Shown piece by piece: positions 51,730-63,215 of a stretch of DNA of 64,000 nt. The stretch lies in assembly GCA_965218435.1 (NCBI GenBank), contig CBDCKW010000009.1, positions 1,216,001 to 1,280,000 of the forward strand, written 5' to 3'. The stretch is from Truepera sp. GTDB taxonomy: Bacteria > Deinococcota > Deinococci > Deinococcales > Trueperaceae. The position numbers and the translations under genes were made by a program. The notes below the pieces were generated by a model, which ran no database searches, was not told the DNA's origin, and was given only the letters and a program-made list of their open reading frames with translations. Within the stretch, counting starts at the first letter, position 1, and each line of letters begins with the position of its first letter.

Positions 51730-52226
51730 CTGAGTCTCCTTGGGCACGGTCTTAGTCGTGCAAACACACCATTCTAGCAGAAACTTTTCGCGGCTGCCCT
51801 ACCATCACGAACAGGGCCGACATAGCTTAACTGGTAGGAAGCCAGGACCGGACGCATCTACGAGACGATAGACCAAAACGTGTATGTCCGGCGCAGCTGG
51901 AAGACTTGGAATCAGCTTTTCGTCAATCTTAATGTCTGGAACCTTAACGTCTGGAAGCGGATTTTGCCGTGCAGCAGTTGAAGCTTTACGGAGCTTTGGG
52001 AGTGTCTCGGCGTCTAAAACCTGCTAAAAGACACTTTGCAGGTCAGAGGCTCGAGGCTAAGGCCAGCCAGTTTTAAAGTTAGAGGTGTGGCACGGCCGGA
52101 ACGGGTAGTTTGTGCAGCATAAGGAGGCTGTATTCGGGACGATAACCTTTGTCACAAGTTCGGTGAGGTTTATCGCTGCAAGGGTCAAAGCACTCGAGGG
52201 TTTGGCTAGAGAGCCTATAGTGCAGT

Positions 52227-52895
52227 ATGGACGATGTTCTGGTTTTCGACGTTAATGAAACTCTGCTGGACTTGGCCGCGCTCGATGGGCATTTTGAGCG
52301 CATCTTTGGTGACGCTGGTATCCGCACCGAATGGTTTGAAACGATGATTCAGTCGGCGATGTTAGGCATTATTACCGACACCTATCATGACTTCGGGGCG
52401 GTGGCGAAGGGGGCGCTGGAGAGTGTTGCAGCTCGTAAAGACATTACGCTTAAAGAGGCGGATACCCAGGCTGTTTTGAAGCAGATTCGCGCTTTACCAC
52501 CTCACCCCGACGTTGCCGAGGCGTTGTCTCTTTTGCAGAACGCGGGCGTCCGGCTGGCGACCTTGACCAATTCAACGCTCGAGGTCGCCCGCGCGCAGTT
52601 AGACTACGCCGAACTTTCCGGTTATTTTGAACATATCCTCTCGGCGGATACCGTAAAACGTTTGAAACCTGCGTTAGAACCGTATCAGCACGCGGCGGCT
52701 GAGTTGGGCGTCCCAACCTCAGGTCTGAGGCTTATCGCCGCGCACGCTTGGGACGTGGCGGGCGCGAAACGCGCCGGTTGCAAAACGGCGTTTGTGGCGC
52801 GGCCCGGTAAGGTGTTAGACCCGTTGGCACTCCAACCGGATATGACAGGCAGAGATTTATTAGGGGTGGCCCAAAAACTGCTTGCTCTCAGCTAA
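52227..52895 (+). CDS. Haloacid dehalogenase type II
   Basis: FDVNETLLD, LTNS, KPA, AAHAWDVAGA. Confidence 0.88.
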   Translation: MDDVLVFDVNETLLDLAALDGHFERIFGDAGIRTEWFETMIQSAMLGIITDTYHDFGAVAKGALESVAARKDITLKEADTQAVLKQIRALPPHPDVAEALSLLQNAGVRLATLTNSTLEVARAQLDYAELSGYFEHILSADTVKRLKPALEPYQHAAAELGVPTSGLRLIAAHAWDVAGAKRAGCKTAFVARPGKVLDPLALQPDMTGRDLLGVAQKLLALS

Positions 52896-52901
52896 GACGG
52901 C

Positions 52902-53513
52902 TTACCGGCTCGTCAGTACAAGTTTGAGCCCAAGAACTGCAAACGCTACCGAAAAAGACCGCCGCAGCCAGACGATGACTTTGGGTGACCGCACAACGTA
53001 TTGCCGGACTTGGCTTGCCAGAGCGCCGTAAATAGCGAAAACAACGAGGGTTATCAGCATAAACATAAGGCTCAAAAAGAGCAGCGCCGCCAGAGGTGAA
53101 GCCGTGTCCGGCGAAATAGAGAGCGGTAAAAAAGCAAAAAAGAAGAGCGTCAGCTTGGGGTTTAAGACGTTGAGCAACACGCCTTTGGTCACAATCTGCC
53201 ACGCGGTTTGCTCGGGTGCGGCTTCAAAAGACAGCGCACCGCGCTCACGCCACAGCGTCCAGGCGAGATAGAGCAGGTACACCGCGCCTGCAAACTTGAG
53301 CCCTTGAAAAAAAGTCGCGCTCAGTTGCAAAACGAAAGATAAACCGAGAACGCTCGCCAGTAGATGCGGAATGATGCCCAACGTGCAGCCCAACGCTGCT
53401 ACGACACTTGCCCGGAAGCCGTAAAAGAGTCCGCTCGAGACCGTGTAAATGACCCCGGTGCCGGGTATCAGCGCGACGACCAGTGAGGTCAGTAAAAACT
53501 CGGTGCTGAGCAT
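52902..53513 (-). CDS. LysE/RhtB family exporter
   Basis: IPGTG, GAVYLLYLAW, NVLNPK..FFFAFLP. Confidence 0.9.
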   Translation of the reverse strand: MLSTEFLLTSLVVALIPGTGVIYTVSSGLFYGFRASVVAALGCTLGIIPHLLASVLGLSFVLQLSATFFQGLKFAGAVYLLYLAWTLWRERGALSFEAAPEQTAWQIVTKGVLLNVLNPKLTLFFFAFLPLSISPDTASPLAALLFLSLMFMLITLVVFAIYGALASQVRQYVVRSPKVIVWLRRSFSVAFAVLGLKLVLTSR

Positions 53514-53518
53514 GGGCG

Positions 53519-54208
53519 TTATTTGGAACCACTCGCGGCGTAGATGTTCAGCTCAGTTTCGGCGTCGGGGGCGAAAAGCAAGATGTTGTCGCGGACGGCC
53601 TCCAACTGCGCTTGCACCTTTTCCAGCGGTACGCCCGCAGGGGCGTAAGCCACGTAAAGCGCACGGCGGGTGCCTGGAGAAATCGGGGTTCGTGCGTCCT
53701 GACCGGTGATGATTGTGCAGATCACGCTGGCCGCGTCCGTCATCATCATGTCGCCGGGTTTAAGTGTTTTGACGGAGCCGTTCATGCCGGTAAAGGTTTC
53801 GCCGCCCTGGGTGACGTCAAGTGTGAGGGGCAACTCGAGTAAGTCCGCGTCGTGCCCAGCTGTTAGAACGAACGTTTCCAACTCGGCGGCGAAGTTCGCG
53901 TCAACCAGAGGGTTTACGTTCGGGAGTGCTTTACCTTTGTGGACGATAGACTCGAGCTGAAGCTGCACGTGATAGGTGTTGCCGAAGCGTCGGTAGTAGT
54001 CTCGGTAGGCGTTTAAGACCTCGAGTTCTAACAGCTCGGCTCTGGAGAACCCGGCATATTTCTCCTGCAGACGCGCCTCAACTTTTCGTTTGTGCTCATC
54101 TAGCGGGGTTTGGCGTTTTGTGTTGTCTACCTTGCCGACGAGCAACACGCCGACGTGTGCGCCGGGAAAGGTTTTGTGCCAGCGGCTTGTAACCTCGAGT
54201 TGAATCAT
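53519..54208 (-). CDS. Stand-alone B3/B4-domain protein (tRNA editing-like)
   Basis: AYRDYYRRFG, LPNVNPLVDAN, GHDAD, GDMMMTD. Confidence 0.8.
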   Translation of the reverse strand: MIQLEVTSRWHKTFPGAHVGVLLVGKVDNTKRQTPLDEHKRKVEARLQEKYAGFSRAELLELEVLNAYRDYYRRFGNTYHVQLQLESIVHKGKALPNVNPLVDANFAAELETFVLTAGHDADLLELPLTLDVTQGGETFTGMNGSVKTLKPGDMMMTDAASVICTIITGQDARTPISPGTRRALYVAYAPAGVPLEKVQAQLEAVRDNILLFAPDAETELNIYAASGSK

Positions 54209-54254
54209 GCAGCTCCCTCTCGCGCAGCCCAGCTGCTGCGTTTTCGGAGCTTAC

Positions 54255-55106
54255 CTAACCCAAAACTGCGCTGTCTTGTACGGGGTTGCTACCTTGATAT
54301 TGACCCGGCGTATAGCCCCACAACCGTTTGAACCAGCGCGTCAGATGGCTCTGGTCGGTAAAGCCTGTGAGCAGCGCGACCTCGGCGGGCGTTTGCCCTA
54401 AAGCTAACAGCTCTTTTGCGCGCCCAATCCGCACCTGCCGGAGGTAGGCGTGCGGCGGCACCCCGACGGTTTTACAAAAAACCCGGACGAGATGGTAACG
54501 GCTGAGCTGCGTAAGCTGAGCCAAATCTCCCAGCGAAACGGCCTCGGCGTAGTGGCGCTCGAGGTAACCCTTGACTTGCGTCACTGCGCGGGGTTCTCGG
54601 CCTGTAGCCGCGACGGGTGGCGGGTCGTCGGCGTGGCGACTGACGAGTTGCGCCAACACATCTAAAAGATGCGTTTCTTGCTCGAGGCGAGATGCGGATA
54701 TTTCTAACCGGCAGTGTAAGCTGTAAAGTTCCCGTGCTAAAGCGTCATCGTTAATCACGCCCGACTGAAAAAACGGCAGGTCACGCGGCTTAGCAGCGAC
54801 CTCGGTGGCAACGCGCCCGAGCGTAGCAGCGTCAAGGTAAAACATGCGGTAGCTCCAGCCTTCGGGTACGGCGGGCTGTCCGGTGTGAACCTCGCCGGGA
54901 ACGCACAAGTTGACGTCCCCGGCTGCAGCGACGACGTTCTCGCCCCGGTAAAAAAAGCCCAACGCGCCCCGCTCGAGCACGCCCACAGCGTAGCGTTCAT
55001 GTGTGTGTTTGGGGAAAAATTGCGTAACATTTTCGGCGCGGAGTAGCTCGAGGTTGCCAAGGTCTGGGATACGCCACAGCTTGGTCTTTGGAGCTTGAAG
55101 GTTCAC
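54255..55106 (-). CDS. AraC family regulator
   Basis: FPKHTHERY cupin, PGEVH, GFTDQSHLTRWFKR. Confidence 0.92.
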   Translation of the reverse strand: MNLQAPKTKLWRIPDLGNLELLRAENVTQFFPKHTHERYAVGVLERGALGFFYRGENVVAAAGDVNLCVPGEVHTGQPAVPEGWSYRMFYLDAATLGRVATEVAAKPRDLPFFQSGVINDDALARELYSLHCRLEISASRLEQETHLLDVLAQLVSRHADDPPPVAATGREPRAVTQVKGYLERHYAEAVSLGDLAQLTQLSRYHLVRVFCKTVGVPPHAYLRQVRIGRAKELLALGQTPAEVALLTGFTDQSHLTRWFKRLWGYTPGQYQGSNPVQDSAVLG

Positions 55107-56335
55107 CTGAGTACGATGACCTCGAGCTTTTCACCCACTCCAATGTCCGTGTGCGGCGGCACGACAGCGAGCGCGTCTGCTAACAGTAGGGAGCGCAGCA
55201 CCCCCGAGCTCTGGTTCCCGGTGCTCGTTGCCACAGTGCGCCCGTCGGCGTCATAACTTAGCGTGACACGGGCAAACGTCTCCTTAAATCCCGCGCCCCT
55301 AAACGGTGTGGCGGCGTAGGCGGGTCTGCGCCGATAGTAGGGGAGAGGTTCGGTGCTCCCTAAAGCCGTAGCTAAAAACGCTTCACCTAAAAGTTTGAAG
55401 ACGACGAGGCTCGAGACCGGATTGCCCGGTAAGCCCAGCAGCGGCAGGTCGCCGTAGCGCCCGAATAACACCGGCCCGCCCGGTTTCATGGCAACTTTCC
55501 AAAAGTAGACGGTGCCTCTAGTAAAGAGCAAATCACGGACGAAATCGTAACGCCCCATCGAGACGCCGCCGGAGGTGAGGAGGAGGTCGAGCTCGAGCCC
55601 CGCCAAGCCAGCCTCTAACAGCTCTAAATCATCTCTCACATTCGGCAAGCGCACCGCCTCGCCACCTGCACTCGTAACGAGCGCGGCGAGCGCGTAGGCG
55701 TTCGAGTTGTAGACCTGCCCCTCACGGAATGATTCGCCTGGTTCAGCAAGTTCGTCGCCGGTCGCTAGAATGCCGATGCGAGGTCGTTTGACGACCGGGA
55801 CTTCGGCGTAACCCATCGCCGCTGCAATCCCGACCGCCGCTTCAGTAAGCCGTTGCCCGCGGCGAAGGTAAACGTCGCCGCGCCGTAAATCTTGCGCTTT
55901 GGGACGGATGTCGCCCCCGCTGGCAGGTTGGCTCAGCGCGACGCGCCCTCCTGACACTTTGGTATGCTCTACCCCGATAATCGCGTCGGCCCCTTGCGGC
56001 ACCGGCGCGCCGGTATAAATCCCGACCGCTTCACCCGGCCCAACTTCGCCGTAAAAAACGCTGCCCGCCGGGATGTCTCCCACAACACGCAGCGTGACGG
56101 GCGTATCCGGGGTTGCAGAGAGCGTATCTGCGGCGCGGCAGGCGTAGCCGTCTAACGCGGAATTGTCTAAGCTCGGATGGTCTACCGGGCTCTCCAAATC
56201 TTGCGCGAGCGTTCGGCTTAGCGCCGTTCCTAACGCGACCCGCTCGGTAGGGAGGGTTGGAGCTTGCTGCTCGAGAGCCCTCAGCGCCTCGGTTACCGTC
56301 AGCTGACTCGGATAGGTCTTACCCTGATACGTCAC
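55103..56335 (-). CDS. moeA: Molybdopterin molybdotransferase
   Basis: SALDGYA, IYTGAPVP, TGDEL, SGGVSMG, GLPGNP. Confidence 0.93.
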   Translation of the reverse strand: MTYQGKTYPSQLTVTEALRALEQQAPTLPTERVALGTALSRTLAQDLESPVDHPSLDNSALDGYACRAADTLSATPDTPVTLRVVGDIPAGSVFYGEVGPGEAVGIYTGAPVPQGADAIIGVEHTKVSGGRVALSQPASGGDIRPKAQDLRRGDVYLRRGQRLTEAAVGIAAAMGYAEVPVVKRPRIGILATGDELAEPGESFREGQVYNSNAYALAALVTSAGGEAVRLPNVRDDLELLEAGLAGLELDLLLTSGGVSMGRYDFVRDLLFTRGTVYFWKVAMKPGGPVLFGRYGDLPLLGLPGNPVSSLVVFKLLGEAFLATALGSTEPLPYYRRRPAYAATPFRGAGFKETFARVTLSYDADGRTVATSTGNQSSGVLRSLLLADALAVVPPHTDIGVGEKLEVIVLR

Positions 56336-56527
56336 CGGACTATGCTACCAACAAGCATGACGGTTTTACTCCTGTTCAAGGAGCGTTCAAACCGCGCACT
56401 TGGGTCAAGTCAAGGCCCAAAATCTTCAATGAAGGTGTCCCAAACTGTGTGCTCGGCGTGAACCTCGCGTCTCTGACAGATTTTTTTGCCTTACACAATT
56501 TGTCCTTATAACTTGTGAGGCACCGCC

Positions 56528-57656
56528 CTAAGTACGGGACAAATCAAAGGAAAAAGGCTTCCTGAGCGAGAATAGCTGTGTGAAAGAATCTCGTGGAAGC
56601 CATTATCAGCATAAGACAAGCCTGAAACAAATACTAGCGGCAAAGTTGCCTATGAATGGAGCAAGGCTGACATGCCTGAGCACGTTGCTACTCGTACTGA
56701 TTCAAGAGAAGACGGTCAACCTAGTAAGTCTGAGCTTAGCATTTCAGGGTAGAGCGGAGCCAGAATCAGCGTACCGTCGCATCAAGCGATTTTTTACAGA
56801 AGTACGCTTAGACAAGGTGAAAGTTGCTCAGTTTATCCTCAACTTGCTACCACCACCGCCTTACACCGTCTGCGTTGACCGCACGAACTGGCAGTTTGGC
56901 AGCCTCGACATCAACATTCTAGTGATTGCCATAGCCCATAGAGGTGTTGCTTTTCCTATCGTATGGTCGTTTCTGAATAAAGGTGGAAATTCATCTAGTG
57001 AAGAACGTATCAGCCTGCTCCAATGTTTTTTCGAGCTTATAGCCTCCAAAGACGTAGCGTTTTTCTTGGCTGATAGGGAGTTTATCGGAGTAACCTGGAT
57101 TAACTATCTGGATAAACGCCAGGTTCCTTTTGCCATTCGTATCCGTAAAGACAGCCTATGTGACAACTGGTGTCCCGTTCGTGCGCTTTTCGCCCACTTA
57201 GCTATAGGCGAACTCAAGGTTCTAAACAATAGCTATGGCTTTTACGGCTGTAACTTGCGTGCCGCTGGTATGAAGCTCTCTGGTAGCGATTACCTCATAG
57301 TTGTCACCAACCGTGCGCCTGCTCAAGCCTTTGTGGTTTACAAGCGTAGGTGGGAGATCGAAATGCTTTTTTCCGCCTTGAAAACAACCGGCTTTGAGCT
57401 TGAAGCTAGCCACCTTACTCGGCTTTATAAACTCGATACCCTTTTTACCCTCTTGGCTCTGGCTTTTACCTGGGCGCATCATGTAGGTGAATGGCTCCAC
57501 GACAGCAAACGAAAGCTTCTGCGTATCAAGTCTCACCTACGCAGAGAAAAGTCTTTCTTCCGTCACGGTCTTGACTATCTCAGGCATCTGCTTAAGAATC
57601 TACACCTCAAGCATGACGACCTGCTTCTCTGTATTCACTTTTTGTCCCGTACTTAG
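56528..57656 (+). mobile_element. IS4-family element (IS10-like CT ends), complete, with 9-bp TSD
   Basis: Perfect 16-bp TIRs CTAAGTACGGGACAAA / TTTGTCCCGTACTTAG; TSD GGCACCGCC at 56519-56527 and 57657-57665. Confidence 0.95.
56580..57656 (+). CDS. IS4-family DDE transposase
   Basis: VDRTNW, LADREF, YKRRWEIEMLFSALK; stop codon is the last 3 nt of the TIR. Confidence 0.92.
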   Translation: MKESRGSHYQHKTSLKQILAAKLPMNGARLTCLSTLLLVLIQEKTVNLVSLSLAFQGRAEPESAYRRIKRFFTEVRLDKVKVAQFILNLLPPPPYTVCVDRTNWQFGSLDINILVIAIAHRGVAFPIVWSFLNKGGNSSSEERISLLQCFFELIASKDVAFFLADREFIGVTWINYLDKRQVPFAIRIRKDSLCDNWCPVRALFAHLAIGELKVLNNSYGFYGCNLRAAGMKLSGSDYLIVVTNRAPAQAFVVYKRRWEIEMLFSALKTTGFELEASHLTRLYKLDTLFTLLALAFTWAHHVGEWLHDSKRKLLRIKSHLRREKSFFRHGLDYLRHLLKNLHLKHDDLLLCIHFLSRT

Positions 57657-57758
57657 GGCACCGCCTCATGATAGACTCTAGTTGCGCGACGAATAAGAGC
57701 GATATATTACGCAAGCCAAGCATAGGGCACGTTTCGGCGCTGCTTTGGAGGGAGAACG

Positions 57759-59030
<1,272 letters not shown>

Positions 59031-59194
59031 GGTGGCGGTTTCTACGCCTAAGTTTTAGCTAAGGGCGCTCGAGGTCATAAGCGCCTTTAACCTGGGTATT
59101 TTATGGGCTAGGTATTTTAAGGGCTACCGCAGTGACGCGACCGGCGCAGACTCTGAGCTCATCAAAAGGTAAGTTCTAACGTCTCGAGCTTCGC

Positions 59195-59953
59195 TCAACG
59201 CTGCCGTTCCCCGTCCACATAAAACTCATCAACCTTTTCGCTGTAAAAGCAAAGTTTATCGCGGACATCGAAAGCTTCAGGGAGCGGCGTCTGGTAGTAC
59301 CACACGAGGTCTTGCGCGTTCTCACCGACTTTGAGCGAGTAGTAGCTCGCGTCGCCCTTGTAGGGGCAGTGCGTTACCGTATCAGAAGGCGTAAGCAAAT
59401 CCAAACGCACGTCGGTTACCGGAATATAGTAGCGCGTCGGCACGTCGGTTTCAAAAAGTAACGTTGGATGCTCTGTTTCGGCCACAACCTCACCGCCATG
59501 TACGACTTTGACGCGCCGCGAACTCAGCCGCGTATCTACGCGGTGGTAGGGGTTACGTGCGTGGACGTGAACGGGCTCGTCCTCCTCAAACCAGGCGTCC
59601 ATCTTGTCCCAATAAAACGCCACGTAGTCAGCTAACGGTTCGGCTCCTGCCAGCGGTTCGGGATAACCCCAGACCGCATTTTCAGCCTCTTTGCCCCCGG
59701 CTTGCACCGTCCAGTACACCGCGTCGCCTTTACGTGGGCAGTGAGTCCGGTGCTCGGTCGCGCGGAGTAGAGACATGTCTACGTCGGCTTTGGGCAGGTA
59801 GTAGAGCGGTAAATGACCCTTTTCAAAGAGCATCGTGGCGTTTTTGCTGTCGGCGACAGTCTTGCCACCGAACATCGTGCGGACGCGTTTAGGGGTAGGG
59901 AGCAGCTCGAGCGTAGCTGTTTCAAAAATCGGTTTGATCGTCGAAAGTCTCAT
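59195..59953 (-). CDS. Tandem DUF427 protein
   Basis: Two repeats with THCPRKG / THCPYKG and YYLP/YYIP. Confidence 0.85.
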   Translation of the reverse strand: MRLSTIKPIFETATLELLPTPKRVRTMFGGKTVADSKNATMLFEKGHLPLYYLPKADVDMSLLRATEHRTHCPRKGDAVYWTVQAGGKEAENAVWGYPEPLAGAEPLADYVAFYWDKMDAWFEEDEPVHVHARNPYHRVDTRLSSRRVKVVHGGEVVAETEHPTLLFETDVPTRYYIPVTDVRLDLLTPSDTVTHCPYKGDASYYSLKVGENAQDLVWYYQTPLPEAFDVRDKLCFYSEKVDEFYVDGERQR

Positions 59954-60234
59954 AGCCAAGGGTGGCGCAAGTGGGCACCGTAAACAGCCTGGCATCTTAC
60001 AAAGGTTGATCAAGCTGGTGTCCGAACGGCGAGTGGAACCTCAGTGACGAGACGTTTTTGCAGGTCAGTCTCGAGCTCGTCCGCGCAGGCTGGGCCGACT
60101 TCGAGCGTTCCGCTCAGTACCGAGTTCGCGGCAGACTATACAGACGGTCGGTGTACTACAGATTGTGTAAAAAAGGAATGAACCTGTCAGGGACGCAATA
60201 TTCGCGTTGCGTATAGACAACCTTGGGACACCTT

Positions 60235-61455
60235 CTACAGACGCGGCGCGGCGGGCTGAGCGGGGTCTGCGGGCTGAGAGTTGGGCGCTGTAGGGAGCGT
60301 GTAGGGCGTGGCGAGCGTGCGGCACAGAGCCTCGAGGCCGAGCCTAAAACCTATCAGAGGTTTTGGATAAACGGGTTTTAGATAGTAAGTCGCCTCGTTG
60401 CTGAAGCGGCGGACGAGCAGCAGACGGCTGAGTTTCAGCAGCTTTCGCAGCTTGGTCAGTGTGCTACCTTCACCCACGCTGGGCAGCAGGATAAGTCCAG
60501 ACTTACCAAGCTGTACCGGTTCTGCTAATCCGATACCTTGGGCGGAGAGCTCGAGCAACGCCCCTTCAAACGCTGCGACCGCGTGGAGGTTGAGCGGATA
60601 CGCGCGAAGTGTTTCTCTCGGGTGCGCCGGACAAGGGTAACCGAACGCCTCAATCCCGGCTGCGCAGACGTGTGTCAGCGCCTGCTGCAACGTAGGGTTC
60701 GGTTCTTTTTGCCAGAGCTGCGTCCGGCTTTGGTCGAGTGCGCGGGCGTTTTGGGCTTTCCAGCTTTCGTTGGGTGATGAGACGTTCCGAGCTGTTTTTT
60801 GCGTCTCGAGCATCCCCGGTTCAAAGGTTTCACCGATAAACGCGCATACCCTCGTCAGCACCGCTTCCGGCTCTTTTACCAGGTCTTCGTAGCGTACGGT
60901 GAATGTATTTGCGTCACTACCGAAAAACGGCTGGCTTTTACGGAACCAAGTGTCCCCTAAGTAAGCGTTGGCCAGCGCCGAGCGGCTCGCCCACGGCAGT
61001 TGCCGCACCGAAAGGGCGCTGTCCCGGGGATCGCGTACAATCCGCACGATCGGTGCGCCGGGATAAAGGGCGCGAATTTTGAGCAGGTGTAAAAGGTGGT
61101 TGGGGGTCTTTTCGGCCCAACGCGGTTTGCCTTGTTTCGCGGCGTAAAGGGCAGTTAGCGACTCGAGCATCGCCTGGACACTCGGCTCTCTCGCCGCTAA
61201 AAACGTCTGCATGTCCCGTTCGCTGTGACCGAAGAGTTCAGCGACCGGCTGCTCAGCGAGCGTCAGCGAAGTCACGAGTTTGACCGCCTGCCGGGGCCAC
61301 GCCGGGTCTTTAAGCGCCGCCCTTAACCGAGCGTCGGATTTGTTGAAAAACTGCGTTTCAGGCCCACAAGCGATCTGCGAATGCCCCGCCAACATCGAAG
61401 CGAGTAACGTCGTCCCCGAACGTGGCGCACCGACGATGAAGATGGGCTCAGGCAT
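60235..61455 (-). CDS. Sulfotransferase family protein
   Basis: IVGAPRSGTTLL, WAEKTP, IVRDPRD, VRYEDLV. Confidence 0.88.
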   Translation of the reverse strand: MPEPIFIVGAPRSGTTLLASMLAGHSQIACGPETQFFNKSDARLRAALKDPAWPRQAVKLVTSLTLAEQPVAELFGHSERDMQTFLAAREPSVQAMLESLTALYAAKQGKPRWAEKTPNHLLHLLKIRALYPGAPIVRIVRDPRDSALSVRQLPWASRSALANAYLGDTWFRKSQPFFGSDANTFTVRYEDLVKEPEAVLTRVCAFIGETFEPGMLETQKTARNVSSPNESWKAQNARALDQSRTQLWQKEPNPTLQQALTHVCAAGIEAFGYPCPAHPRETLRAYPLNLHAVAAFEGALLELSAQGIGLAEPVQLGKSGLILLPSVGEGSTLTKLRKLLKLSRLLLVRRFSNEATYYLKPVYPKPLIGFRLGLEALCRTLATPYTLPTAPNSQPADPAQPAAPRL

Positions 61456-61531
61456 AGGTCGGATTATAGGCGAAAAAGCGTTCCTACTGGACGTAAAAGT
61501 ACATGACCTCGGGGCGAGCCGGGTCTTAGGT

Positions 61532-62575
61532 TCAGCGAAGTGACGCAGGCAGGGTCATGTTCGCGATCTTGACGTTGCTGATGACAAACAAGGCGTCTTG
61601 ATAATCGCCGTTTTGGGCCTCCTCGAGGCCGATCAAAAAGCTGTTGGGTATGGGGACGCCGCTCCGGTCTTTAAGCGGATAGACGCGCAGTGCGTGCCGA
61701 ATGTCGCCCTCGTTAAGCCCGTCCAAGCTGTACTGGATTTCTCCCCCTGCTTGACCGTAAACGCCAAAAGGCACCGGGCCGGGGTCGAACGTTGCTGTCC
61801 CCGCCGCGCGTGCCGGGAGCAGCTTTTGCGCTTCGGCGGCTCCGATAACCCCCACCTTTTGGGTGACGGGCTGAGCCGCGTCGAGGGTAAAAAAGCCGTA
61901 AGGGAAAACTTTTTCCGGGGCGTAGCGGGCGACGACCTCGAGCGTAACCGGCCCCGACCCGGCTTTTTCAAATAGGGGCGCGAGCACTTCGTCCCCTACC
62001 ACCTCGTCGCTGCTACCTAAGCTGAGGCCGGTTGCGCCGACGTTGACGTTATACCCGAGGGTATCAACGACCTGCTGGAGGGGCGGCTCGTTTTCGCCCT
62101 GTTCGCCCTCGCTGCCGAGGCCGTAGAGTCCGACGTCAGGCGCTTGTACGTCGCTACTGACGATCTCGAGTTGAGCGGTTTTGCTCCCGGCAGACCCCGG
62201 TACAAACAAGATAGCAGCTTTTAGCGCACCGCCCGGTGCGATTTTTTGCGGCAGGTTCGGCACCTTAAGCGTAAAGGCGCTGGCGTCAGGACCGGCCAAA
62301 GCCAAAGCCTCGAGGTCAAGCGGCGCGTTCCCGACGTTTTTAAGCGTAATATGCTGGGCGTCACTCACGGTGCCTTTAACGCTCGAGAAGATCAGTTCAG
62401 CGTCGTCCGGCGTGGCGATCTCTAATGACAGGTTGGGTGCGCCGGGTTGTGGTTGCGGCGCTGGCTGCGGCACTGGTTGGGGCGGCGCTGAAAACGACTC
62501 GCTGTCGCACGCACCGAGCGTTAGGAGTAGAGAAACGAAAACTGCCTGGTAGACTAGCTGGATTGGTTTGGTCAT
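61532..62575 (-). CDS. Lipoprotein with Ig-like (choice-of-anchor D/ASH-like) and DUF4114-like domains
   Basis: Lipobox LGAC, PQ linker, ITLKNVGNAPL, C-terminal GLEEAQNGDYQD. Confidence 0.7.
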   Translation of the reverse strand: MTKPIQLVYQAVFVSLLLTLGACDSESFSAPPQPVPQPAPQPQPGAPNLSLEIATPDDAELIFSSVKGTVSDAQHITLKNVGNAPLDLEALALAGPDASAFTLKVPNLPQKIAPGGALKAAILFVPGSAGSKTAQLEIVSSDVQAPDVGLYGLGSEGEQGENEPPLQQVVDTLGYNVNVGATGLSLGSSDEVVGDEVLAPLFEKAGSGPVTLEVVARYAPEKVFPYGFFTLDAAQPVTQKVGVIGAAEAQKLLPARAAGTATFDPGPVPFGVYGQAGGEIQYSLDGLNEGDIRHALRVYPLKDRSGVPIPNSFLIGLEEAQNGDYQDALFVISNVKIANMTLPASLR

Positions 62576-62849
62576 TAATAATCACATCCCCGGCGTAGCT
62601 ACGCCGCAAAGGTAACCCTACCTGAGCGTTTCAGGGGGCCGTGTTGCGAAGCGTACACGCGTCTTTAAGCGCGCCGGTTTGATAGGTCTCAGTTTGGATA
62701 AGCGTTGGTTAAATTACCAGCTGCTGAAACAGCCGTACGCCCAGCCACGACCCGAGTCCGGCTCCTGCAGCTAAGAGTAGCAGAGACACCCCTAAGAAAG
62801 CTGTGACGCCTATGTTTGAAGGGCGGTTTAGGGGTTTGTCGCCGAGGGG

Positions 62850-63160
62850 TCAGGCGTAATGCTCGAGCAAGACCAGGTTACGCAAGTTTGCCTTAAAGGT
62901 CGCGCGAAGATACTGGCCAAAATAGGCACGGCCCCGAAGAGCGTTTCAATCCCGATGTTGAGCGCCATCCGCAAAACTGTGCGGCGCGGCACGTCCAAGC
63001 GGTACGCTTCAAAAACGATATACCCTGCAGGCAAGAGCATCACCGCGTCCCCGAAGCCTGGAATCAGACCGATCATCGGGTCGAGCCCGATCCGGGTACC
63101 AAGCACGGGAAACCGAAACGAGCTGTCGAGCAAGTAGCTGAGCGACCGGAGCCGTGCTAC
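62850..63160 (-). pseudogene. Degraded second DUF4112 copy
   Basis: RLRSLSYLLDSSFRFPVLGTRIGLDPMIGLIPGFGD with no start (upstream TGA) and a frameshift before FKANLRNLVLLEHYA*. Confidence 0.7.
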
Positions 63161-63215
63161 GGTTCAGCTCCGGTCCGGTGTACCGAGCTCTTGTGTACCA
63201 AACTTTTCAGCTGGT

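Noticed and set aside
51806..52024. Start-less minus-strand open frame with a 15-bp duplication (about 51929-51958)
   Set aside because: No start, RBS or recognisable family; at most an unidentifiable remnant.
59095..59126. 16-bp tandem duplication GGTATTTTA(T/A)GGGCTA
   Set aside because: Two copies only, between convergent genes; likely slippage.
60235..62575. Sulfotransferase plus lipoprotein as a biosynthetic cluster
   Set aside because: No PAPS synthesis, glycosyltransferase or export genes adjacent; adjacency alone is insufficient.
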